Positions 1-14,040 of a stretch of DNA of 64,000 bases are shown one piece after another; position 1 is the first letter of the stretch; each line of letters begins with the position of its first letter. This DNA is from Pseudogymnoascus verrucosus (Eukaryota), in assembly GCA_001662655.1 (NCBI GenBank), contig KV460239.1; one strand, 5' to 3'. Below the pieces are notes generated by a model that did not search any database, was not told where the DNA came from, and was given only the letters and a program-made list of their open reading frames with translations. The translations under genes were made by a program, and so were the position numbers.

Positions 1-887
1 CCCCCCCCCACCCCCCCCCCCCCATCCCCCATCCCCCATCCCCCACCGCCCACCCCATAAATAGCCCCCCCCCCCCAAACCAAACCCCCGCCCTCCCCAT
101 CAACCAAAAGTGTAACAACCATTGAGAACACAGTCGCATCCACATCGCTGGACAGATCGATTTATGTCATCCGGATCCACGCGATGTGGATGTGAATGTG
201 GCTGTCTCAGAGACGGGGAGGGTTGGGGATGTAGAGGTGGCGGGGGAGATGTGACGGCGGTGGCGGCGGGGGGGGGGGAGGGAGTGACGGCGGTGGGGGA
301 GTAGTGACGGTGGCGGTGGTGACTGTAGACAAGCGGCGGTGGTAGGAAGGCAAAATGACAACAACAAACAAACAGCAGCAGGCCAAGCGGTGACAGCATT
401 CCCGCAACAACAGCAACAGCAGCAGCAGCAGCTGACTCATGGGCACAGCGGAGACAGGTCCACGTAATGTTTCTGGACTTTCAATCTGGCTGCTGTTGTT
501 GCTACTGGTCAATGCTGGACCTTTGGCCTTCTTGGCAGCGGCGCGTTTCTCCTGCACCCCCCCCCCTTGCCTTTCTGATCACGAGCGGCTATGAGCAGGT
601 TTATATACACTCCACGCCACGCACCACGCACCACGCACCCAAACCCGAGAAATCATATCCCATCCCCATCCCTAAACAGTCGCGCAAGAGAAAAAAACCG
701 CAAGGGAAACCGCAAAGAAATCTTCATGAAGATAAATTCGTATATTCAATAAAATTCCTATCATATAACCCCCCTCATCACTCATTACCCTTCATTATTA
801 CCCCCCACGCGGCCCCTTTCCCCTCTTTCCCCTTTTCCCCTTCCCCTTCCCCTCCCTCCCCCATTTTCCCTCCCTCCTCCCCCCCTC

Positions 888-3410
888 TCACTTCTCCTCA
901 TCCAACATCTCCCCAAAAGCACTCTTCCTCCTCCTCCCCTGACCCTGACCCGCACCATCAGACCCAACATCCGGACTCAACCCCCCCGTAGCGCTCATCT
1001 CCCCATTTCCTCCCTCCCCCAAACTCCCCAAACTCCCCAAACTCCCCCACCTCTCCGTCCTAGGCGTAACAGGGCCGCTGCGTCTCCTCTCTCCTGCGCC
1101 CGCTCCACCATCAAGCTCTCCCTTCCCAAGGCCAATGGAGGGGGATTCCCTCCCAAACGCCGCACCAGCGTCAGTCAGCCCCGGCGAATCACCTCTGGGT
1201 GACACCACCCCCGCGCCGTCAGCGCTCAACTCGCTGCTTCGTGATGCTGTTGATGCTACCGATGGGCTGGGATGCAACCCCCCCCCACCCCCAATCGGCA
1301 CATACGCCAACCCCGCCGCCCCCACCTCCTCCCGCGCCGCGCTCAGCTCCTGCGCCTGACTCGTGCCAGGGAGCTCATACACCATATCCCCCCCGGCTTC
1401 CACCACATTCACACTAACACTCGGCACCGTCCCCGTGGTGCTCAAATGCCTCCCCCCACCACCCACACCCGCAGAATCGTCATCAAACGCCGTGCTAGGC
1501 GTCTCATCAGACGTGACGGTTCCGGTTTTGGGGTCATGTCCCCACACCCAGCTTAGGATGCGGTTTCGGTTTACTTCAGATGTGGCGGCCACGCTGTCGC
1601 GGCGGCGGAGGTAGCGACGGCGGCGATAGAGGAGGAAGGCGATGGCGAGGGCGGAGAGGACGACGAGGGTTAGGACGACGCCGAGGACGGGGGCGAGCCA
1701 TTTGGGTGTCCCACCTCCGGGCGCTGGAACGGTGGTTGTGGTAGGGACGGGGGGGTTGGTGGGGTTGGTTGGGGTGCTGGTGTATGCGTAGGGATACCAG
1801 GGTGTGATTTTGCTGGTATCGTATTCAGTCTCAAAGACAGTGGCGAGGGATGCGTTATTCCATTTCGTACTCGCGGCGCCGGCGATGGCGGCAGTGACGA
1901 CGGACGGGACGGTGTAGTTACTCCACACCCGAGGGTCGTAGGAGTCTATCCACTGCAGGGATGTGAGGTTGAAGAGCTGGACTATCCCGCCGGTGACGCA
2001 GGTTTGTGCTGTCCCCCCGTTGGCTGGATAGCCGCCTAGAACGATCATCTGGTCCGGGTAGGGTTTGATGCAGCGGTGACCTGCGCGGCCGTGGCCGGAT
2101 CTGCCGACTGCGGCTTTTACCCAGGTGAAGCTCGGGAGGGACAGAATCCAGACTTCGTCGTTGAAGGGGGAGCGCAGATTGATCCCGTCGAAACCGCCGT
2201 AGTAGTAGATATTATGACTTGACCCATCAGGGGCCGAGGCAACAACTGTGCACCCCTGAGTCCAGGCCGTTTTTGCCGGTCCCCCGGTCGTGTCCTGCTG
2301 GAACCAGGTTTTAGACTCGATGTCGTAGACCGAGACTGTGGTGATGAAGCCGGGGCTTTTGAGTTGCTAGTGACGTTAGATTGATTTAATGTGATAATGG
2401 GATGAAATAAACTCACACTATTAGCCATCCTCTCAGCAGTAAGACTGGAAGACGCATTCGCAAACACCGGATCAACAACACCTCCAATAACGACCAACAA
2501 CCCATTCTTCCCCACCGGTACCCACACCATCTCCGGGCTTGCGCGACCAGGGACAATCGACTTTATCGTCTCATTCTTCCACACCTCCTGCATCTGATTC
2601 GTCATATCAACCGAGATCAGATCCCTCGAATACGTCGTCGGATCCGTCGTCGCATTGCCAGACGGGTAATAGACCGGGCCATGGCTCTTCGAATTCATGC
2701 CTCCAAAGTAATATCCCATATTCTCCGACGGCACGCTGACGCCAGCGCCAAACCCAACATAGCGCGTGATTCCCGCCGTGATCTCGGTGTTGAGAAGGAA
2801 GGTAGGCTCGAACTTCTTGTCCTGCCCGCCATACCAGTAGCGCTGGTAGCCGAATGTCGAGCCGGCATCCGGAGTCGTTACGGCCACGGTGGCGAGGGAT
2901 AGACCTCCATATGCGAGGAACTCGCCGTCGTTGGCGAGGAGGGCGCCGTCGACGTATATCGGCTTTATGTCGTCTGAGGCGCCGGTGACGGACGTGATGG
3001 ATGTGAGGACCTCGGAGAAGTTGTCGGAGGTCTTGAAGGGCGTGCTGAAATTTAGTGTATAGACGAGTCCGTGGTCGAATCCTGGGGGTGGGTGGTTAGT
3101 TTGCGCCGGCTTGCATTGGTGGTTCTCACTTACCATCTTGGAGGAGTTCAGCGGGCGAGCCGTCTTTCAGCGAAGGCTGCCAGTATAATTGTCCACCGTC
3201 AATATACGCCGTATCCCGAATGACGCCCACTAAGAGTTGTCAGAGAGGTTTCTGGATTGGCTTTCAATCTATCATACCTCGAGGCAGGGTCCATATACAC
3301 ATCGTCGTATTGGCCTGGTTCTCAACCCATCCCGAGGACTGCGCCCAAGCGAGGGGCAGCAGCGATAGCGATACGGCCAGCGGCCACCGTGAGGCCATCA
3401 TCGTGGTCAT
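888..3410 (-). CDS. Secreted/type I membrane kelch-repeat (beta-propeller) cell-surface protein, multi-exon
   Basis: Spliced model: signal peptide MTTMMASRWPLAVSLSLLPLAWA (ATG 3410), then ..VIRDTAYIDGG.., kelch-like GG motifs (YYFGG, LVVIGG, YYYGG, MIVLGG), a TM helix (WLAPVLGVVLTLVVLSALAIAFLLY) followed by RRRR and a disordered tail. GT-AG introns near 3231-3278, 3083-3134 and 2368-2417. Confidence 0.8.
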
Positions 3411-6400
3411 CAGAGGGCTTCAGTTTTTAAAATTACAGACAAGAAGGAAATGCGACAAAAGCTCACGATCGTGTAGCCGTGGTGGATAGGTTCACAACTT
3501 CAGATTGTGCACAGTGGCGGCACAACGCACGAGCATCGATCGTGGGTAAGATGGGATAAGATGCAGCGGGGACATCGCTCGCGCGCCACTGTTTTTTTGG
3601 GAGGTGATCAGATATAGGATGACAGGGCGCAGGGCCAATGGAGGAGTATTGGAAGGGGGATTGGGTGTTAGAGGGTGGAACAAAGGAGGGTACTGTCAGT
3701 ACTGTGAAGGGGAGGGCAGGGAGTACAAAGACATGCGTTCCTTGGAGCTTTTTTGCTCTTTGGGACTTGTGCGTCGGCATGGCCGCAGTCAGACACTGCA
3801 GTAACCAGAGTCAGTCAAGAAAGACCCCACCATCTTGGATGACTTGGGGCTTGGTAGTATGTGTAAGTATGTGTAGGTAAGTGTAGTAAGTACTGTACAG
3901 CAAGTCTTGTATGTACAGGATATATTTGAGTGATGGCGGACAGAAGTAGACGATAGTGGACGGGTTGAAGAATTGACAGGATGAGGTGATTGGATGGGGG
4001 AGTGTAGCTAGCAGGCATATAGAGTGTCTAGTCGAGGACCGACTTTCCTCAGCCTCGCCGGTTTAGTAGTGGAGGGGAGGGGATGGGGGTTGGGGGTGGG
4101 TGGAGACGGACGACGTGGCGGGCAGGATGGGCGAGGAGCAAGGGTTGTGGAAGGCTAGAAAGGTCGAGTGGGAGGGTGTATGTATACCAAGCTTTTAGAC
4201 CGGTGAGAACGGAGAACGCGCGAACGCGGCAGTTGGTAGACAATACGAGAGCAGGCAGGTTAGATAGCTGAAGTGACAGTAGCTCGGGTATGTTTTGTCA
4301 TGCTATGGAGAGAGTGGAGAGGGAGGAATGTGACAGGATTGAAGGAGGAATGTATGTGGGTATTTTGGTAGTGAGGGGAGGTAAGGTGTGGAAATGGAAA
4401 TAGATATCTCACCTTTGTGAACGAGTGGGTTAGGCTGGTTGAGTTGCCTATGGATGTAGTCTGTGAAGTGGAGGGGGTTGCTTTGGTTGCCTATAACCGA
4501 AGTCTGCAAAGTCTTTAAAGCAGTTTGTTAAGGCATCACTTTGTCAAGGCAGCCATCGAATACCCGTTGCTTCGAACCCAGCCACACGTGTAGTGGCCAG
4601 GATGAAGGTGACGATACTACTCAACCTCAATAACCGTGATCAATACATCCCAAAAGAGAAATAAGGCAGCCAAGAAGCACCGGAGAAAGAGCGAGCTAGG
4701 TGCAAGTGGATGCGGAGGAGACGGAGAAAAGGTAGGGCCTTGCTGACAGTATCTACTATTCGAGTAGAGTACCCATAGCACTTATTATGGCAGGCACAGA
4801 TTAGGCATAAGTGAGTAAGCGAGGAACCGAGCAATTGCGTGCATTTGGGTGGAGGGGAAGTCACGACGGAGGGAGAGAAGAAGTCACGGCAGAGGAGAGG
4901 GGAGAAGTCACGATGGAAGAAGAGAGGGAGGGAAGAGACAGCTAGAGCTAAGAGAAAAGAGAGGGGAAGACGGCGGGTGTGTGTGGCCCCCTGGTCTGGT
5001 CCGTCGAGTCCGTTGAGTGAGTGCATTTGTGGATATTGTAGGGTACCTTACCCCTGCTGTCAAAGTCAAGTCGAGTACTAGCGAATGGTGTCCGTTATTC
5101 TTGGCACGTCAGTCAGTGACAGTCAAGGTCGTCGTCTTCGCAATCCACTCTTTCTTATTGTGCTCGCCTTGTTGACTAGATGATGAGTGTACGTATGGAG
5201 TCAATCTGTACGTAACAATCATCAGCATTATCAGCATCAGCCCTAAATCCAATCTCGTTTACTATGTATAGCTGATTAGGCCATCACTTGTTGTTTACAG
5301 TAGTTTGTTTGACTGCACGCACAATCCGCTCAAATCTGTTTATAGCCTTTTTCCATCTCACCGGTCGCCAATCTCGTTAATCGACTACTCCACTCCACTA
5401 CCACCACAACAGCACGGCCTTGACACTACTAACACTACCAACACTCTGCCAATACCTGCCAATTCGATAAGAAATCCTTCGACTCCACTCCCTCCAATCC
5501 TTCACCACACACACAGCTGCCTCAGCCCTATGGCACCACGACACACCGCCCACGCCCATGTCCACGCCCCTCTCTGTTCTCACCTTTCTCCTCGGGCCAA
5601 CCTCCCGTTCTCCCTCTCCCCTTCTCCTCGGTAATTCTCTTCCTCTTCCTCTTCCCTCTGCCTCCTCCTCCCATCCCTCAAGCCACACCACCACCTCCCT
5701 AAGCTCCATGCACGCCACAGTAGTCGCATCCCATCCATGCAGTGCTTACGAACGGGGAATACCACCATACAATACACAACTATAGTATAGTGCTATCTAT
5801 TATAGTGCTAGAGTGCCATTCCCCTCTGATCATCCGAGTCTATCGATTCTCGATTCCCACCACAGACAGACGGAGGATTCCCCGGAGCAGACCCCCGACT
5901 CGCCGTCCCTTTCCCCCACCACCAGCCCACCACCTTCCCTTCCCGCCCCCAACGCGAATGATGAAGCCTCATCTAGCCATCCATACATCCCATCCACTCA
6001 TCCACTCGCCCGTTGCTGCTTGCCGCCGTCGTCGTAGTCAGCCCTTCTCTCCCGTCTGCCAAGCGGCCCAAGAATGTTCTCTCTAGCGGAATATGCCAGG
6101 GCAGGATCCGGTGGGATTGATGGCGTCTGCCGTGGTGGTGGTGGTGGGTGGTGGTGGCTGTGGCAGTATTCCCATTCCCACGATAACGTGGTAATCCAGT
6201 GACAGTTTGACAGTTCACACGCACACACATAATACTCGTATTTGTTCAGTCAATCATCATCGCGGGATCAATCGCCGGATTTTGCCTTATTATTTTTTCT
6301 TCTGTTTTCGGGCTTCATCTCATCTCACTCTGGTCTTCAGCCCTCAGCCTTGTTACCATCCTTCGCTCGTCAGCCCCAGCCACCAACCACACACTCACAC

Positions 6401-7756
6401 CCACACCTCCCCCACCACGTTGTCAACCCATCCCACCCCGCCCAACCACAACAAAGAAACATTTTCCCGAGAGAGAGAGAGAGAGAGACAACACCCAACA
6501 CCCACCTCCACCACACTCCCACAAAACCCACCAATGCGTGTCCCTGGTCCCTGGTCCCTGAACCCATCATCGTCGTCTCTTCTCTTTCGTCCATCCACCA
6601 TCCATCTCCGGATCCTACCTGACAGAAAAGCCACAGTCATACATACTGTACATAATACGGAGTTACTTCTATTATTGAACTCTCCGAGCTTACCCTCCAC
6701 CACCCCTACCTCTCCCCTGGCTTCGTTTCTCCCGTCCCATCGATCCCCTCCATTATTTTTCTCCCCCTACCTTCCGTTCATGGGTATATGCAAACATCGC
6801 ATCACGCTTGTTTACTTTACTATACTATACTGTACATTTTTTGCATACATGTGACCCCACTCGTGACGATGCCCGATGGATGGGTACACCGTCGATATTA
6901 CAATACAGCAACGAGAGAAGAGAAAAAGAACCATGTCAACTCAACTCAACCCAGCCATGTCAACTATCACCAACCCATGGCAAAGCAACTTCATCACCTC
7001 ACCAACCCCCATCCATCCACCCCCCCCGGATCCTCCCACCGTCCACGCCGCCCAAAGAAAGAATACGGGCGGGTGAGGCGGAGGCGGAGGCAGAAGAGTA
7101 CTAGAAAATACCACGCCATGCACACACCCTGCAGCTATCTGCATCTGCATCTTTTGTATCCACTCAGACACACCCCGACACCTGGCACGACTACTGCTGC
7201 TGCTGCTGCTGCTGGTTGTGCACCTATTCCAGTTGGAGAGGATGGATGTAACTCTACTTGTTAAAAGGATACTTTTGTCGGCACGCACCTGCGTGGGCAC
7301 TCGGCCAGGAAGGCAGGCAGGCAACCCCACTATAGCTCCCCATCCACATCCCCAGTCAAGCCCATCGTCTTAATTCCAGCCCATCACTCTTTCTCACCCT
7401 CATCCTCAGCCTCTCCAGCCACCAGATCCGCATTCCCCATATACCCCCAACTCCCACCTGCGGCATCCCTCTTCTCACTTCCTCTCCTCCTTTGTTCTCC
7501 CTCTCTCCCCACATTCTACCTTCTTTGTCTCTCTCCCATCTCTCCCTTGCTTTCATGCAGGAAGGAAAAGCCATTGACACATTGCCGACACCTTCGTTGA
7601 CTTTCTTGCTTGCTTTCCACACTCGCTGAGGAATTGGGTTTCCTACCCACGTTGAACACCACACACGGCTTTGGTGGTTACTCAATCACTATCTGAACCA
7701 CCCATTGAGATACAAAAATCCCATCTCAACAACCTACCCACCACCACAGGCCCAAA

Positions 7757-10492
7757 ATGCGTTCCCTCCTCCTCCTCCTCTCCCTCCCCCTCCTCTCCTC
7801 CGCGGCAGCCACCCTCCCCACCACCGCCCCGCAGGCACGCGCCATCGAAGTAGGCGTCGACGTCTCTCTGAACGGGCAACAAGCCCAGCGCTGCCCCGAC
7901 CACTGCAGCGCCACGACGACGACAGAGACAACTACGTGTTATGAGACGGTCACCGAGACTGCGCCGGGGGGAACGATTACCTTGCCGGGTGTTACTGTGA
8001 CCGAGACGGGTGCGGGGGTTACTGTGACCGAGACGGGGCCGGGGGCGACGGTGACGGAGACGCAGCCGGGGGGGACGATTACGTTGCCGCCTGTGACGGA
8101 GACGACGACTTGCTTTGAGACTGTTACGGAGACGGGGCCGGGGGGGACGATTACGCTGCCGCCTGTTACGGAGACGGCGCCGGGTGTAACTGTTACGGAG
8201 ACTGGGGCGGGCGTTACTGTCACGGAGACCGAAGCGGGAACTACTGAGACTGTTACCGAGACGGCGGCGGGAGGCACTGTTACGCTGCCGCCTGTGACGG
8301 AGACGGCGCCGGGTGTTACTGTTACGGAGACTGGGGCGGGCGTTACTGTCACGGAGACTGGGGCGGGAGGCACGGTCACTGAGACGGAGACTACTACGTG
8401 CTTTGAGACTGTCACGGAGACGGGAGCCGGAGGAACGGTGACTACGACCAAGTATGACCATGGGAAGACGGAGACTGTGACGAAGACGAAGACCAAGACG
8501 GAGACGGAGTATAAGTATAAGACTAAGACGCAGACTGTTGTGTGAGTATTCTGAGTTGATGTGGGTGTGGATGAGAAGCTAATTGGGTTCCAGTGTGCCT
8601 ACCACGGTTGTGAATGAGGAGACGTGAGTTTATCATTTTTTGGCTTCAATTGGGGTTCTCTTTGTTTGTGGCGACTCGAGATGGGTGCATTGAGCTCCTC
8701 CGTTGTCTCTAGACAAGGAGGCGCCGAGTATTAAGAGTTTTTGTTATCAAAATGCATAGGACGTTGCTGACTTGCTTTCCAGCGCTACGATCACGGCTAC
8801 ATACATCGAGGTAAGTCCACAAAACCACCATTATCAAAACAAAAGCTAACAAATCAGACCGATATCATCACATCCGTCGAGACCGACATTCTCACGGACA
8901 TTGTCACCCAGACCGACTCCTACGCCGTCACGACCACCGATACTTACGAGGTCACCCAGACGTCCGTCACGACTTACACCCAAGTTATCACCCTGCCGCC
9001 GGTGACATACACCACCACCGCCGAAGGTGTCATCACCACCATCACCGAGCCAGGCGTGGTGACTACCATCATCACCACCGCCTACGTGACTGAGGTCAAC
9101 ACCGTCCGTGAGACCGCCACCAACACCGTCCACGACACCGTCCGCGAGACCGATGTGGTAACCAGCACCGTCTCCGCCGTCATCACCACCACCCTTCCAG
9201 GCGTGGTAACAACCATCTCTGGCACCCCAATTACACTCCCCGGCGTCGTCACCACCATCACCGTCCACGAAACCGACGTGGTAACCCGCACCATCTCTGC
9301 CCCGGTAATCACCACCACCCTCCCCGGCGTGGTAACCACCATCCGCGGAACCCCAGTTACTCTCCCCGGCGTCGTGACCACCATAACCGCCTCCGTCTCC
9401 TTCGTCGGCACCCGCATCTCCACCTGCGCCGTTCCCGCGCCTACAATCCGCAACGTGAAGCCCCAACCCGATAACTACACCTGGGGCTGTCCACCCGGCC
9501 AAATCTGCGCCCCCCGCCACCCCTTCGGCTGCGACGTCTTCGCCGACCCTCCCTCGCGCAGCTACGTCTGCGATCCGCTCGACTGCTTTGATGCCCCTAA
9601 GCCTACGCTGGTGGAGTGGAAGCACGGACAAACAGGGTACTACCCCCTTACCCCCGGGTATTTCGCGCTTTCACCCCTGGCATTCGGATTAAGCTACGAC
9701 ATCTTCTCCGAAGACATCGTCGTGGAAGTCGTCAACGGAGTCCCCGTCGCTACCATCACCACCGGTAACTGGGCCAGCCAAGCTACCATCACAGCAGCTT
9801 ACACCGCCCCTGCCCTGCGCCGACGCGCCCCCGAAACCGCACCAGCGATCTGCTACCCCCAGTGCAACAACATCGTCACAACCGGGCAATCCATCGGCAA
9901 GACACCTGCTCTCTGCGCGCCTGGTTCCGCATTCTTGAACTACGTGTCGGCATGTAAACAGTGCGTTGCCAACAACGGTGATGCCACCCAGAAGAGTCTG
10001 CAGGATTACGTTATCCCGCAATACCAGCAATGGATCGATTTCTGCGACGCCCACGGCTCCGAGAGCGTCGTTACCCCTGGTGGTGGACAGGGCCAAAACG
10101 GCGGTGGTGAGGTTACTACCCAGACCCCTGGGGAGACGCAGGGAGGTGATGGAATTCCCGTCACGCCTACTGGGTGGAGGAATTCGACTATGACGACGAG
10201 GAGTAGTAGGGTGCCGACTTCGACTATTGCGGAGCCTGGGACTACTGAGACCGGGGTGTCGAGTTCGTCGAGTGAGGTCCAGACGGATGTGCCTACTGGG
10301 ACTACGAGCAGTGGTGGTGGTGGAGGAGGTGCGGCCGGACCTACTGGTGGAAATGGGGGAGGCTCGACGCCGCCTGGTCCGACTATTTCGGCGATTCCTA
10401 ATGAGGCGCACAGAGTTGGTGGAAGCGTGGGCGGTATGGGAGGTGTGTTGGGGTTGGTGATGTTCGTGGTTGGGTTTGTGATGTTTGGATAA
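7757..10492 (+). CDS. Thr/Val-rich repeat, probably GPI-anchored cell-wall glycoprotein (adhesin/mucin-like)
   Basis: Signal peptide MRSLLLLLSLPLLSSAAA, VTETGPGGTITLPP repeats, Cys-rich domain, Ser/Thr/Gly linker and hydrophobic C-terminus. Exons 7757-8541, 8594-8623, 8783-8810 and 8858-10492 splice in frame with GT-AG junctions. Confidence 0.85.
7940..8450 (+). repeat. Intragenic coding tandem repeats (VTETxxGxTxTLPP / VTVTETGAG units)
   Basis: Repeated gttactgt(c/t/g)acggagac units seen directly in the sequence. Confidence 0.9.
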
Positions 10493-11004
10493 ACACCATG
10501 CCACGATGAAGAGGAGATACTATGCGGAAGACGGGCAAGAAGAGGAATTGGGGAGGAAGAGGAAGAGCACAGTGACGATGGATTGGAGAGATGATTGATT
10601 GATACCCACGCTCCTTTACGACGCGATGTGATGCGATGCATGCTCGAATTTGCGATTTTTGGAAGATGTTTATATACCCACCACGCTCCTTTTTTGGATG
10701 ATGACGACGACGAGGGCGTTTTTGGCGTTTTGAGATTTTGGATTTGAAGACGAGAAAAAGCAGAGGTTGGATTTAATGGGCGAGGATGATGGGGATGAGG
10801 GGAGTGAAGGATAGGGGCATGGGGGGAGAGAAGGAGAAAGGGGGAATGGGGGAGAGGGGGAAGAGATAGGGGTTGAAGGATGAAGGAGAGGAGATGAAAG
10901 GAGTAGATTTGAGAGTATATAAAGAAGCGATATAATTTCTAAGTGAATGAATGAAATAATTATAGGGAACCCCACTGCCCCCCTTCTTTCCCCTCCTCAT
11001 ATTT

Positions 11005-11150
11005 TCCCCTCCTCCTCTTTCCCCTCCTCTTTCCCCTCCTCTTTCCCCTCCTCTTTCCCCTCCTCTTTCCCCTCCTCTTTCCCCTCCTCTTTCCCCTCCT
11101 CTTTCCCCTCCTCTTTCCCCTCCTCTTTCCCCACCTCTTTCCCCTCCCCA
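11005..11150. repeat. 12-bp minisatellite (TTCCCCTCCTCT)n, about 10 copies
   Basis: Near-perfect tandem copies seen directly; intergenic between two convergent genes. Confidence 0.95.
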
Positions 11151-11426
11151 TCGTTTCCCTTCCCTCCCTCCCTCGCGCCCACCCCATCCCCTCCCGCCTT
11201 CTCAAAACATATAATAAAACACCCTGATCCCCACACACACACAATCATGCCACACATCCCATCGCAGATTCCCATGCAATCATCCAGCAACCAGGAGGAG
11301 GCTTAGTGGGTGAGAGCATGTCTCGAGATGAGATGAGTTGAGTTGAGGGCAACAGTTGTCGCACGTCAACACCAACAACAAAGTGGCCATCGAGCGATTG
11401 GAGGGGGTTCGCGATGGGAGGTGGGG

Positions 11427-11463
11427 NNNNNNNNNNNNNNNNNNNNNNNNNNNNNNNNNNNNN
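11427..11463. other. Assembly gap (37 N) flanked by poly-G
   Basis: N run in the sequence. Confidence 1.
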
Positions 11464-11859
11464 NGGGGGGGGGGGGGGGGGTGATGATGGTAGGAGGATC
11501 GGAGATGACAGCAGTAGGGCTGATGGCAGCAGAACTAACGGCAAAGATTGGCGTCATGGCCACCCATCGACGCGTTCTCCAGGAGAGCGAATAGGAGAGG
11601 GGTCGGGGATTGTGAGGTTGACGAGCCCACTCTCAAATGCTTGATCTGAGTTCTTAGGAAGTAGACGAGTATATGTGAAGAAATATAATTCTACGGGAAC
11701 AATACAGGACACCTCCTTCCTTCGAGATATCACCGTCAGTAGCGACCCCTCCCCCTCTAACAGAGACTCCTGCGCAACGCTTCTCCGGGTCACGGTTACG
11801 ATGCCCCTTTCCCACAAAGATCATTGTCAAGCAACGCCTCCTCAGAATCTAACATCCAT

Positions 11860-13003
11860 TTACTCCAAAGTCGGAACATTCTCCTTCACCGTATCCTCCA
11901 AACTCACCCATCCGGGTCGCCCGTAGTACTCGCGCAGCACCTCCGCGCCACGCTCAGTCGGCACTCCCATCCCACTGAGCTCCGCTCCAGGCAAATCGTC
12001 CACGAAATCCTTCTCGGGATACAAGCGCCTCAGGATGGCGAGGATCTGGTTCCACGTGTATGGCGCTGCGGACGCATAAATGCGCTCATTGCTAATCGAC
12101 TTGCTCAGCAGCGCTGCGACGTGGATGCGTGCCGTATCCACCACATTCACATACCATCCTGTCCACATTAGCTTACTTCCAATAGTTTTTACACGAATAC
12201 TCACCAGGCGGCAATGACTTCACAAACTCGACATTCGACTTGGTAGCAAAACCAGTGATCCAGCCACCCGTGCTCAGCCCGCCTGCCGGGTTCAGCGCCG
12301 GCCCGAAATTGGCATCTGGCAACACCGCATTCACCTTGAAGCTCGGCTTCTCCTTCTCGGCGAACGCCCACAACGCCTTCTCGGACTCAGCCTTGCTGGC
12401 GCTGTAGACGGCGTTGGGGTGGCTAGGTGGGAAGGGAGCAGAGGTGACGCTCCAGGCCTCGGCGATGGCAGCTTCATTCCAGGTGCTGGTAGTAACCTCG
12501 AAGGAGTGGTTATCCGGAGCGGGGTTGCCAGCGGCGACGGAGCTGGAGGTCAGAACGAAAGATTTGACGGTGGAAGAAGTGGCGGCGGAACGGAGGAGCG
12601 AAGTTACGCCGCTGATGGTGTCGGGGATGACGGCCGCGGGGTCGGCGCTGAAGGATAGGACGGAGGCGGGGTGGATTATGCCGTGTACGCCTGGGCGTGT
12701 TAGTTGGGTATTTATTCACCAGAATGAGGGGGAATTACCCTTGACGGCATCATCGAATGCCCCGTCAACTGCCATATCTGGCACCACCACGGCAGAGTAT
12801 GTTCCAGCCTCGTGGCGGGAGTTGAAGACTTCGGTCGTCCAGGCGGCTTTGGCGGCGTCACGAACTGTTCCCCTTACGTGGTAACCGGCTAGGAGGACCT
12901 GGTCGACAATGTGGCTTGCGATGTAGCCATTGGCGCCGGTGACGAGGACGAGGGAGCCCTTTGGTAAGGAGGCGTCGGCGGGGGAGAGCTGAATGGTAGA
13001 CAT
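11860..13003 (-). CDS. NAD(P)-dependent epimerase/dehydratase family, aldehyde reductase II / GRE2-like extended SDR
   Basis: Rossmann motif LVTGANGYIASH, VRGTVR, catalytic TSSS and YSASK, NFGP, VNVVDTARIHV; three exons across ORFs 12716-13003, 12173-12373 and 11860-12204. Confidence 0.9.
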
Positions 13004-13677
13004 TATGAGATATTTATGGGGAAAGTGAGAGTGATAGTAGGTTGGTTGTGCTTTTGCTTATGCGAATTGATATGATGAGGTTGACACTGTGGAATGGGGA
13101 AGGTTTGATCTCTATTTATGATAATTCCAAGATGTTGGATACGCCATCATTTCTTAGAAGGTTTCCACCGAAACATCGGCCTAAGGGCAGACGATGGGAG
13201 TGTTTTGTCATCACGGTCTGGATTTGAATCATGACGGTTGTTAGGGGAAACCTGTTGGAGATATCGGGGATAACGTAGGGATTGCCAGGGAATAGCCTAG
13301 GTTTAGGGCGTTCCCTAGGGATATTGTTGGAGATACCGGAGATAACTTGGGAACTGGCAAGGAATAGTCTACTAAGTAGAGTAGATAATTCAATTGATTA
13401 TTATATTACTACATATAGTATTCTGCCTTGTGATAATTGTCGACACTGCAACCCGAAGGGAACTCGTGTGAATCACCTGATTTAGGTGCAGAATATCATA
13501 TTCCCAACTATTCCCCTAATAAAACCGACGTCCGTTGGTAAGTAACATCCCCATGCGGCTCCTCCAGTGGGCGCTTGGAGTTCATAGCTTAAGAAAAAAG
13601 TGGTCCTTGATCTCTCACACTGATCGGAGACTTGGTTAAGTGCATAGGCTATCAAAAACCTTGTTGCCTATGATAGT

Positions 13678-14040
13678 GGGCTTCCGGTTGGAGGTTCGGT
13701 CATCAACAACACAAATTGTCAGCGAAACGGGTACACTTCCACGTTTAAGCACGACATAGAAAGTACGAGGTTATGATATGATATGAGGGATAAAAATATT
13801 TGGGTTATGTTTTGAGATGGGTCCAACAGGTTTAAATGACTTAACTCGCATACACGACGTTCATTGGCAAACGGCAAAGCCAGTGTAGGGGCTAAACCGG
13901 GCTTCCGGTTGGAGGCTCGGTCATCAACCAGACGAATTGTCAGCGAAATGGACACACCCCCACGTTTGATCAGGTACGAAGTTATGATATGAGAGATAAA
14001 AGAAGATTCGGGTGTGTTTCAAGATGGATTTAACATACTA
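13678..14040. repeat. Degenerate direct duplication of about 140-150 bp (copies start about 13678 and 13899)
   Basis: Both copies begin gggcttccggttggagg(t/c)tcggtcatcaac..aattgtcagcgaaa and continue ..ccacgttt..gtacga(g/a)gttatgatatga. Confidence 0.85.

Noticed and set aside
1..900. Several Pro/Gly-rich ORFs and poly-C at the window start
   Set aside because: Low-complexity sequence downstream of the kelch gene; no domain motifs and not telomeric repeats
3500..7700. Many 60-215 aa ORFs in the long divergent intergenic region
   Set aside because: Purine/pyrimidine-skewed low-complexity DNA that lacks stops by chance; no recognisable protein features
7682..10641. Long antisense ORFs over the GPI wall protein
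   Set aside because: Shadow ORFs of a GC-rich repetitive CDS
10947..11306. ORFs with SSFP / EEGK / KRRG repeats
   Set aside because: Translations of the 12-bp minisatellite
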